From: Lobosporangium transversale
Taxonomy: Eukaryota
Length of the DNA: 64,000 bases
Direction: 5' to 3'
Assembly: GCF_002105155.1 (NCBI RefSeq)
Contig: NW_019029014.1
Span: 310,001-374,000 of the forward strand
Shown piece after piece: positions 11,185-21,573 of this stretch. The stretch's first letter is position 1; each line of letters opens with the position of its first letter. The notes under the pieces are model-generated. The model had not been told where the DNA came from. It did no database searches and worked only from the letters and a program-made list of their open reading frames with translations. A program made the position numbers and the translations under genes.

Positions 11185-14100
11185 CTATCTGGGATATTGT
11201 TGGAGAAAATTACGTAGGTTCTGTACCGTCATCTGCGCATTCTCTAGAATGGACGATCCATATACAGGGATTTCGGGTTCCCGAAGATGCACTCCACTTT
11301 TTGGTGCAGTAGGTGCAGTGGTAGAAGTAACGCTGAAAGAAGCAACATAGCTGCTATCACATGTGTCTCCATTATGCTCAGCTCCGGTCCTTGCGTCATC
11401 ATCACTATCGTAGCTGTTCTCGTCCCAGCGATGCAAGCCTGGTATAGCGATACCTAGCCTTGATGCCCCTGAATCGCTTTCCAGCAACTGCGGTTGGTGC
11501 TGCAACTGGTGCTGGCCTTGATGCTGATACTGGTGTGAACTCCGCTCTACTTCCTCTTGCTGTTTCACCATATATGTATCTGGAAGAGTTTCCGATATGG
11601 TTTCATCAGGTCTTGGGCCAAACATGCGTTTGGATGGTATTGGGTTAGAAACAGGCGACGTAGGGGCCACCAAAGCGTCTATAGTAGAGCTATACACAAT
11701 CTTAAGCTCTAGCTCTAGCAGCTTCTGGTATTTGGGTTTGATTCCATAAAGCATGTATCCATATTGGTCTATAGCCCATTGAACCAATTCTAGCATCGTC
11801 ACTGCACGCTCTATCGCTTGTAGGATCCTCTCGCACTCTTCCGAGTCTGCAATCGCTTGTGAATGAGAGAGAGTAGCGCTTGTTGTTGCTAGAGTGGATG
11901 TATCTGACGTGAAGGAAACAGATGAGTGTAGTCGGCGGTGGTAGATATCTGTAGAATGGTCTTCCTCGGCAATCATATTATCCTGCAGGGCTTCTGGGCT
12001 CGCCATAGTGTCAGAGAACCTAATGTCCAAGTCATTCATATGTGATCCAGTTACGAGGCGCAATCGACTTTCGCTCGGCAACCCATTAAGAGCAGTATCA
12101 GCTCGTTGTAATGGCGGTGATCGCGGCGAATCAACGTTATCATCAGTTTCTGTATCAGTGTCTGTGCTCGCACGGGTATCGGAGTCCGTATCTGTGCCAA
12201 ATGTCCCGCCTGACTGAGCACTATGAGCGATGGATGACATGGATGAGGACTGGGATATGGGCGGCGTCCTGTATGATGAACTTGCTGCAACAGCAGCGGA
12301 AGAGAGCATCCTTCGGATTTGTCCTCTGACTTTTACCAATAACCCCGCTGGCGCATCGCCACCTCTACGAACCCAATCCAGTAGGGTGGTATGGGTGCCA
12401 ACACCTACAGAAGCGCTGATAGAGCCATCTACGAGGCGATCACCTATCCGCACTGCTTTCCCTAGCCCTTCATCTCCAACCTCAGCTCTTGTAGGCCCAA
12501 GCGGTCGTTGTCCGCTAGTATTATCGGTTGTACTACCATTACTATGGCCAAGACGACGCTGGTCGTTTCTATCTACATTTGTATTTAGCTGCCATTTCGC
12601 CACAACAGCGTACAAAATATCTTTGAGCTCAATCATGAGCTCTCCTAATTTAGACGCATATCGCATCCTTTCCGGATTGTACTTCACATCTCTGTCTTGA
12701 AATGGGATTTTCGCCATAGACTCTCGGAACAGTCGCATCCTCCCTTGCTGATCGTACTGACAATGATGTAAGACAAAGAACTGGAGCGTGGTAGAGTTGA
12801 GCAAAGTAAGAAAGTAAATCAGCGGCGGACTTGGTTGAGCGTTGAAATGCTGTGAGAGTGGATTGGGCGTCAAGTAGATACATTGGTTTGTCACCGCCAG
12901 TGAATTGGTGTCAAGGAAGAATCGCTGACGAGGCTGAGTCTTGGAGAAATAACCGTAGTTGATCGGGTGAACGATCTTTTCAGAAATATCAAACCTACCA
13001 ATAGTGCAGAAGATAAATGGCAGTAAGTACACAGCCAGTCGCCTTTTAATATAAGAGGTGTAGAGCAAAACGGTTAGAGAACGTGACATACCCGCACTGG
13101 TTAGTAGAGCAGAACGCTACTCCATCGTCATCCACTGCTTGCTGCTTGCTATTAATCCCGGCTTTGCGCTTTTTGGACGCCAATCCCGGCTGAAAGTGAT
13201 TGCGCACATCCGTCAGGTATCTCCATAACGCCAAGGAGCCTTCCTCACCTTGGTCCACCTGTTGTCGAAGGATCTTGACCGATTCCTTATCGACCATGCA
13301 GAGTGCATACGTCCTCTGCGGCGTAGACAAAGGGATTAAATAGGATTCTGCAGGAGAGCCCTCCTTCTTGCTCAACCGCAACCGATCACGAGTTTGCCAA
13401 AAGAGACCTTCCTTGTGCATCACCTTGGTTGAATGAACACCCCCATTAGGGCCGCCACCAATCTCCTCAGGCGAGTTTTTGCCGTTCCAATAAAAGGCAG
13501 GTTTGAACCATCGCTTTGTCATAGTCTCCCCAAAGTTGGCACGTGCATAATCCATTCGCGTGACTAGACCATATACAGGGTTGGTATTAGGGCCACGATG
13601 CCATTGTAATGGTTCTGCTGCGCTCAAGCCCTTCATCCTTCTTGCCCCTGCAGAGCAAATCCCACCTAGGTCCTGCGTAAGAGCCAAAAGATATGTTGTC
13701 AGTCCCGACGATGGCATCATAGGTGCGAACGAGTATGTCCAAGTACTCGGAACAGATACTGTTGTTGCTATTGTTGCTGTTGCTGCTTCTGCTGCTGCCG
13801 TTGTCGCTGGCGTACTGTCAAGATTCACTCCGCTGACGCTAGGTGGTGGGGTTGGAGCTGATGACGGCGCTAAAGGAGGGAAAATGGCAACACTCAGCTC
13901 CTGTCTTGTTTTGATCGAAGCCATAATGCTAAAGTCATTATTAGTGCTGCTTGAAGGACTAAAATCCATATAGTCTTGGAGGATACCATTCAATGGCTTA
14001 TGGTGATCCGTATGTCGGAGAAATACTGTTGTGTGTGCTTGCAGAGCCTTCTCTCTGGCCATAGCATCTGTGTGCGGCAGATTCAAAGCTCGAACCTTGA

Positions 14101-17100
14101 AAATCAAAGAGTCTGTTTGAACCTTAGAAAACACCTTGAATGGTTCAAACTGGTAGAACTCATCCATAAGACAATTATCAAATAACCATGCCCTGTTGCC
14201 AAGTAAGTGACAAAAAAAGGATGATGAGTATGTTGCGCAGTTATTGCAGTTATATCCGCATGGAACTTGCTTAGGTATATTCAATTACCGTAACTTGGAG
14301 GCAAATTCCAGGGTAAGCCATTGACTTGCTGAAAATATTGCGAATTATGGAAAATCAGAGAACAGGAGCATTAGAATGAGAATGAAAATAAAATAAAAAT
14401 AAAAATAAAAAACTGCAGCAACGATCGTCTTACCTGTGATCATACACAAGACTCCAGTGTATGGTTTAACTCGTTGGGCTGCAAACCAGATAAAGTACCC
14501 ATAAGCCTGCATCATCCCTTTGGCCCCTGACCGCATTTGCGCTAATGGCGCTTTTCCTGACTCTAGTAACGCAGCTGGTACCGATCCCACACTAGCATTC
14601 AAGTCAGGCCGCGGCGCATCTGATTCAGGACCCATAATGTCATCGTTATCATAATACATCTCAACAACCGACTCTGTACCTTCATCAGCACCTAGAGTCC
14701 TTGCGGTAGCACTTTTTTTAAAATGCTTGGATCTGAACGCTCTGACAGATGCCTTGCCTTCACCGAGATTAGAGGCGCGATTGGATACAAATGCAGCATT
14801 TCCCTGAGCAAAACTTGACTCAAGAATACTCCAATCATATACCTCTGGATCTGGTGCACTGAAGGTGCCCGTCTTACGGATCATATAAGGTGGATTGGTG
14901 ACAATGAAGTCAAACTGAAGCTTTGATGGGTTTCGGAGTCGAAGAATGGATTCACGCTCCCATGTAGCCTCTAAACTATCGCCTTTTGGTATCGTCAGTT
15001 TCAGTGTGTCATTCCTAAAGAGATGTAAGCGGGGTAGCTGCCGTCCTACGGATAGAGAGACGAACGGCAATTGTGAAACTTGCATCTGGTCCTGAGTTTG
15101 ATAAGCTAATTCTCGGATGCGTTGAACAATGGGGATCAGTGCCGCAAGGATGCCGCAGCGCGCCATCCAGAACGCAAATCCGTCAAGTTCAATTCCCCAC
15201 AAGTGTTCACAAATTTGATGGAGTAACAGCTGTAGCGCGGGCCGAGAATTCCATAATGCTCCTTCGTGTCCTGAATGTGCCTCCTGAGTTAGTAAGCGAA
15301 CATACGCGGACAAGAAGGTTGAAACACCCAAACAAGGGTCGAGTGCCGTCGGGATCAGGGGCTGCTCTTGCTGGATAAGATGACGCAGAGCGTCCTTTTG
15401 AGCCCCTGAAATCCCGTCATATGGTGTCAAATAAGACAGTTTCTTCATCGCTCCAACAAATCTGCCTAATATGTTGCCAAATCCTTGAGTTGTTCGCTTC
15501 CACATAAAATCTACGGCACTTGGAGGCGTATAGAATTGCCCATGGTCCTTTTGGTATTCCTTGGCAGTAATGGATAGAATATGTGTCGTATAGAGCTCGT
15601 TCAGAATGACATCAAAGTGCATTGCCTGCACATTCTGGGCTGAGATTGCTCGGCCCTCCTTCTTCAATGGCCCCTCAGGATCTGACCCAAAGAGATAATA
15701 ATGCCATGCATAGAGGCCTGCCTGCTTCATGGGATCATGCTCTGCCTCTCCAGCTGCATCTTGAATATGTGTCTGTCCCCCTATTATCCCACTCCCTAAC
15801 GCATCAACTATCGGCTTCAGTACATTATCCTGATCATCAAATAGATCTAAGAACTTCATCAACTCCGCACTAGCATATTCATGATGGAGAGAGTCGCTTT
15901 CTGTGCCTTGCTGATCCAATGTTAGGACGCTAGCCTCTAGAAGGGCTTGCATCAGCCAGCAGACTACACTCACAAATGATGTCATCAATGCTAGGAATTC
16001 AACCGTCGAATCGTATATTTCTGCGAACTCCTCTTCCTCTGGCGTTGGCACTGAATGCATTGCAGATGCAGAGCCTCCAGGTGAGCCTAGGCTTGCTTGA
16101 CTCAGGCCCGCCTCTAGTTCGGTGTCGCTATCAGTCTCACAACCATTGTCTTCGGGGCAATATGTCGACTGGGATAATCGAGAAGGAGGTAGGGATGGAG
16201 CACGTTGTCGTGTACTGCCTAGGGTCGGTGCTTTCTGCCTTGAGGGAACCGATGTGGATCCTAGCCTTATAGGCTTTGTAAAAGAGGGCAGGGCAGTCCC
16301 AGATCCAGCTTCCATTTCAGTTCCCATTCTTGCTCCAGCCCCCAAGCTTGCATCAAGTGCAGAGAAAGGTTGTTGTGGATTTCCATGAACAGGCTTTAAA
16401 AGATCTCGCAGGTGTACAAGAGAGCGGAGCATGGTCGGACGAAACGTTGTGGGCTGCTCTTGCGAGGGAGTATTGTCGCGTGAGGCAAAGACGCTGTGTG
16501 ACCTCAACATTCCATTAAGTAATTCAATGAGTACATACTCCAGATTAGGATTGGCGTGCCTGTTGTAATCTAGTAGGAAAATACCAACGTTAGCGCATTT
16601 CCGATTAGTTTGGAATGCTCTTGTTAAAGAAATATGCAAGCATCGCTCACTCATGTCTTCATTAAAAGCACTGGACATACTTACCATTAAAGCCACAATA
16701 TATAAAAGAGTCAAGCAACTCTCTGACATGATCTTTGGTGGAAATTAGCAGCCGGCCTAGCTGGGTACCAATAGCCTCTGCATCCGGAGAAGAGGTAAAT
16801 CCATGGTGCCCTGATACATCAGTAAGCATGAATTCCCTGGAATGGCGTCGCTTCGCTACAGAAGGTTTACGAATGGAACCTAAATTGGCTGTGGACGATA
16901 TATTGGAAGAAGCAAGGTGGGCCTGTGAACCTGGAGGTAATGATGATGATGTTGAGGGAGTAGAATAAAACCGTCGGGTGTACGGGATGTCGCCCGTGCG
17001 CTTCTGGACAATATGATTTCGAAAATGAGGCATGGGAATGGAGTATGATGTCCCTTTTGTTGATGTTGTTACTCGGGGCATAGGCGAGGGAGAAGTGGAT

Positions 17101-18499
17101 GAAGGGGTGGGTCGGCTAACTTTGGACACAGGGATGGTTGGTTTGTGCACAAAATTGGACAAATGCTCACGAGTGTTTTGATCATGCTGCTGTTCCCGCC
17201 CTCGTTCCTCCGTGCTCCCTGTCGAAAATTGTTGTTGATGGAATTGTTGGTGCCAAACAAAGCTCTCTGTGCTAGAGGAACCTGAACTAGATGGCGACGA
17301 CAGCATAAATGGTCGTTTGTTTGGACCATTTGCCTTGGGTAATGACATTAATGCTACTGGAACGTCACCATGCTTTAGAGCTAAGGACTCGAGCACTTCA
17401 TGGGAAGCGGCTTGGCATTCATGTTCCCTACAAATAGGTCTCTGATCTAAACGATGAAGTTGCCCAGAAGGCTGTGAATGTGAGTAATGTCTCCCTGTTG
17501 AAAACGGATGGGCTTGCCCATAGTAAGCATCTTTCATCCAAATATCTTTTGCTGCAAAAGTAGTTGATGCTCAGTATGGTGGATTAGAAATGGGTTTATC
17601 AATAGATGAATGATGGTGCACAGACAAGTTCTTACCTCTAAAACTAAGGCTACTGTTGTTGATGCTACCGAGATCTATAGCTTGATTGATTTGCCCTCTT
17701 TTCCGTTTAAACACAGGATCAATATCAGGGACGTGATAAAGATAACTCTTGGAAGACCATTTGTCGTCTTCGTGTATTGTAGATGAAGGGTGAATGGTAT
17801 CAGTGATTGTAGGAGGGTACCATGAGGTTGCGGGTACAGATGAAAAGGTCCTTGCGCGATGCCGATGCATGGCCAGCGAAGGAGAAAATGATGATTGAGG
17901 TGTAGATGTGGAGATTGAAAGCGGTGAGGGGATTGCTCTTGGCGGATATGATGGCATTGTAACCAGGGGGGACTGCATAAACATTGGCTGTCGCGCTAAT
18001 CCATGCCGATGCATAGATGATGGTGAATGGACGTTGTAGATATGATGGTCAAAAGCATTGTACTGATTGCCAACGCCACCCCCTTGAAAGCAATGTGCCC
18101 GTTGTGCATTTAGACTGGCTGAATGGAAATGCTGCCCTTCCTGTGATGATTGCAGCTGTCCTAGTTCCTGCTGCTGCCGTATTTCATGGTCCAGCGGTGA
18201 TAGTTGGTCAGCGCGTTCAATTGTAGAAATAGAACCCTGCAAGTGAGTTGATCGATCATGGATAGGGAATCCAGATTGTTTTAATTCATGTTGGGTATTT
18301 CGGTCTATCCATTGTGAGCGATTCTGCCCTGGGCTTATGTGCTTACTTAGATGGAAATAATACTGAGATTGATATTGATGCTGACTCCGATGCTGATCCA
18401 GGCCTCTTTGTTGGATAACGGGAAGGTTATGGTGTTGGGATTGTAACTGCTCGTAAGAGTCAGAATATTGAAGTCGATTTTGCTGATCGAAGTATTGCG

Positions 18500-18552
<53 letters not shown>

Positions 18553-18851
18553 GGCTGCGGCTGCGGCTGCGGCTGTGGAGACAGTTGATGCGGATGGAAG
18601 TTTAGTTGAATGCGGTCAGGACAGGGATGCGAAGGATAGGAAGGTGGGAAGCTGTTAGGACTAGCCTGAGGATAATAAGAATGCTGAGGTGCGGAAGGAG
18701 AAAAGAAGAGTCGGTGCTGTTGATGATGTTGCTGTTGTTCCAGTATGGGTCGTTGTGGATCATGATAGGGTAGAGCTCCTGTTTCTGATACAGCTGCTCT
18801 AGTTCCGAATTGGTTTCGATCTTGATCTCCGTTCTTGGCCTCGCTTTTCAT
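11185..18851 (-). CDS. Large (~2,389 aa) Type IIG restriction-modification-like amino (N6-adenine) DNA methyltransferase with TaqI-C-like target-recognition domain and Q/H/S-rich N-terminus; 6 exons
   Basis: Exons 17636-18851, 16685-17551, 14434-16569, 14289-14328, 13092-14192 and 11185-12994 are joined by five phase-compatible GT-AG introns (7,170 nt in total). Motifs in order: ILNELY..KEYQKDHGQFYTP, ALDPCLGVSTFL, LWGIELD, FDFIVTNPPY, YGYFI...GVLCMITASQWL..EFASKLR, VFSKVQTDSLIF, KIVHP...RFFLD...YFLTLLNS...MAKIPF, IDQYGYMLYGI. Confidence 0.85.
18500..18575 (-). repeat. Coding (CAGCCG)n/(CAACAG)n microsatellite encoding a PQ repeat plus polyQ in the methyltransferase N-terminus
   Basis: The plus strand shows tandem gctgtt and gcggct units, translated as [28 protein letters not shown]. 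Confidence 0.9.
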
Positions 18852-21392
18852 TGTATAATGCAAGGAATAGAGCACAAATCAATGTTGCTGGCTTGTGTTC
18901 AGCTGGTAGCCGCCGGTGACCTTCTTGACAGTCAATATGGGCCAATAGTATAGTGCAGGGTGATATTCACCAAAGACTTTCAAGTAAAAAGAAAGCAGGA
19001 AAATTAAAAGATAATGCAAAAGAAGATAAAGGTATAGTTGTCAATTCAAGCTGTTCAACAATAAATGAAGAATATCTGATCGATAACAAAAAAAGTAATA
19101 AGAGGAGAGAGAAAGCAGATCCACTGGTTCAGCTTTTTAGGGACGATGTACCATACAATCTGTGGTCTATAGCAGAGCATTGGCATGACATGAGTATATT
19201 CATAAAACAACGAAAGCAGTAAACAAAAGCGATAAAGCAGACGAAAATAAAATTAAAAACAATGATGAAAGGAAAAAGAGAGAAAGACAAAAAGTAAAAG
19301 GGAGGAGAGTGGCAGAAAGAGAAAGAAAGAGACAAGAAAGTAAAAAAAAAAAAAAAAAAAAAAAAGGACAAAATTTAATAAAACGAACTTTGAGTCTGTC
19401 TGTCCAAAAAGAGATACAAATCGCAGATGCATCATTACTCCCAAAAGGCACCTTGGAAAAACTGCATCAACTGTATTGGCAGATCTTTGCTCCCGCCATC
19501 GTCTTTGTCCTCTCGCTCTCCTTTTCAATTTATGCTACTCAAGCACATGCAGCACAAAACACCAAACCATTTTTACATGACATAATTTGGTCGCTCCACA
19601 ACTCTATACTTCATTGCACTCGCTTTTTATGTGCTCGATTGCTGTGCTCAATCTGTTCACTCCTCTCACTATTGAGGATGCAGATTCATGCAAACACGTC
19701 TACAAACAATGGACATTGTCAATGTCTGCATCATTGTGAGCCACAAGCATAAGCCATGTGGGGCTGTGTATACGCGGACACTCAAAAAAGACGAGGGTAA
19801 CCAAAGAATTAGACTACCTGGAAAAAGCAGACACGACGACCTGCTTCTACTTTGTGCAACCTGGTGTGTGCCCAGGTCATAGACGCGAAGTGCCAGTTGA
19901 CTGGTCCGAATGAGGAACGGTTCAGCGCCCCATGCTGGAATCCCACACTTGTAGTTTCAAACAAAAAGCGACACACTACATTGACACACAGATCGCCTTT
20001 ACTGCAGCAAGAAACTTTTTTTTATTTTAATGTCGAAAAATTGGAATGCGGAATGAGCCATAGAGAGATGGTGCATGCGTAAGTATATAAAAATAATATG
20101 CTACGATTCAGAATAGAATAAAGATTCCTGCAACTGCCAATGTGGCTAAACACTTGACGCGTTTGATTTGCTGCGCGCTGAGAGCATTTTTGGTACTGCA
20201 TGTCAGTCAACTTTTTACTTGATCTGTGCATTGTTCATTGCATTGCCACTTGTCCCGACATGTTGAGGTCAGGATTTTGAAATGACAAAACTGTTGTTGT
20301 GCATCGGCGTGATGGGACAGAGGCAAAACAGGGGGGAAGGACAGAATGATAAAAACAGACCACTGAATGTAGAGTTGCAGGGAAGGAGAGGATAAAGTTG
20401 CTTGTCTGTTTTTTCGGCGGCAAAAAGATGAACACGAAGGAGCACGATCCAACCCTAATTGAAACCTTAAAAACTGTTGGTGTGCAATCCCCTCTCATTT
20501 GTTCTTTTTTATATCTTTCTTTTCTCTCTCTTTCTGTGATTACATGTTATATACCTTGTCCTTCTTTAATGTTAAGTGTTCTAGGCTACCGGTCGTAAAT
20601 TGGTTCTTCCCAAAGCTCCATGAATCCTAATATTCAATCAAAAATATGAAGACTCTCTTTTTGGATTCACAGCGATATTGCTAATTTGATTGGCAATGAG
20701 CGGCTATTTAATTTTACACTTGTACACTTGAATAGTTTATTTTCGCCCTTGTTTTTCTGGATCCCGCCGACTGGGAAGAAATCCTTGGGCGATGTCCTAA
20801 TCAGTTTGCGTGTTATATACAGACGTATGCTATCCATTATCATATAATATATTGTGATAAGCTGTTTGCTTACGTTCATTTACAGCAACACGCAAACGCA
20901 AAAGTGTTCATAAAGTTTTACTTGAACATTGTGCTTGCATTTGTCCCATCTCTTTTACACTCACTCTTTATTCTCGCTGGAAGCTTTCCATATGCTTGTA
21001 TATACAGCCGTGTATACTAAGCTACTCTTCATTTACATCAATTCATGCAAAGATGGAAAAGTAATCAAGATATACATTTATATATATAAATATGCTTGAC
21101 TATTATTTTAAATTAGAACTCATTAACAGTGTCCAAAGCTTCATTTAAATAAAGAGGAGATTGAAATAGGTGCCCCATGTTGACCATGTCTATGGGGAGA
21201 GACATGATATCACTTCTTCGGTAACGTAAATAGGTTTAGAATGGTTGAAATTCGCCCACTATCTCAAAGTAAAAATTTATAAACCTCTATCCCGTCTAAT
21301 CCTTTTCTTTTTTCTCAATCTTAATTTTAGCTTTTTATTTCATTTTTGCTACTGGTATTGTACAAATATATTATACTATGGAATTAAAAATT

Positions 21393-21410
21393 TTAGGCCA
21401 TGGAATACCT
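21393..21410. repeat. 18-bp target-site duplication, copy 1 (TTAGGCCATGGAATACCT); other copies at 21556-21573 and 24349-24366
   Basis: The identical 18-mer occurs three times, bracketing two poly(A)-tailed insertions. Confidence 0.92.
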
Positions 21411-21555
21411 TTTTTTTTTTGATAACAAGGACCCACGAGGTCATGTAGTAGGCTCGTTCCCAGCCCCTTCACTTTAGGTGACTCAAAAAGGAAATGGAAT
21501 TTCCTGTCACCTTTATAAAGTGAAGAGGGATGGGTACGAGCCTAGTCATGTAGGC
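21411..21555 (-). mobile_element. Extremely 5'-truncated copy of the non-LTR retrotransposon (poly(A) tail plus ~29 nt of 3' end), interrupted by a MITE
   Basis: Poly(T) followed by GATAACAAGGACCCACGAGGTCATGTAG is identical to the 3' end of the long copy at 21574-21625. It is flanked by TSD copies 1 and 2. Confidence 0.85.
21449..21544. mobile_element. 96-bp foldback MITE-like element with a 9-bp target-site duplication (GTCATGTAG)
   Basis: Imperfect terminal inverted repeats TAGGCTCGTTCCCAGCCCCTTCACTTT / AAAGTGAAGAGGGATGGGTACGAGCCTA, with inner inverted repeats AGGTGAC/GTCACCT and AGGAAAT/ATTTCCT. GTCATGTAG is present at 21440-21448 and 21545-21553 but only once in the uninterrupted copy. 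Confidence 0.8.
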
Positions 21556-21573
21556 TTAGGCCATGGAATACCT

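Noticed and set aside
14885..14896. NPPY as a HemK/PrmC protein methyltransferase
   Set aside because: The upstream GxFYTP and DPxxG motifs and the downstream TaqI-C-like and IDxxxYxLYG blocks fit DNA R-M enzymes, not HemK.
11185..16729. Bacterial contamination or endosymbiont contig as the source of the methyltransferase
   Set aside because: The gene has five spliceosomal introns, eukaryotic low-complexity inserts and ordinary fungal neighbours.
11185..18875. Five separate genes, or a frameshifted pseudogene, as the ORF track suggests
   Set aside because: Every frame change is explained by a canonical GT-AG intron with matching phase.
18953..21448. Many short ORFs upstream of the methyltransferase gene
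   Set aside because: They are dominated by poly(A/T) and purine tracts with no motifs, and are most likely UTR or promoter sequence.
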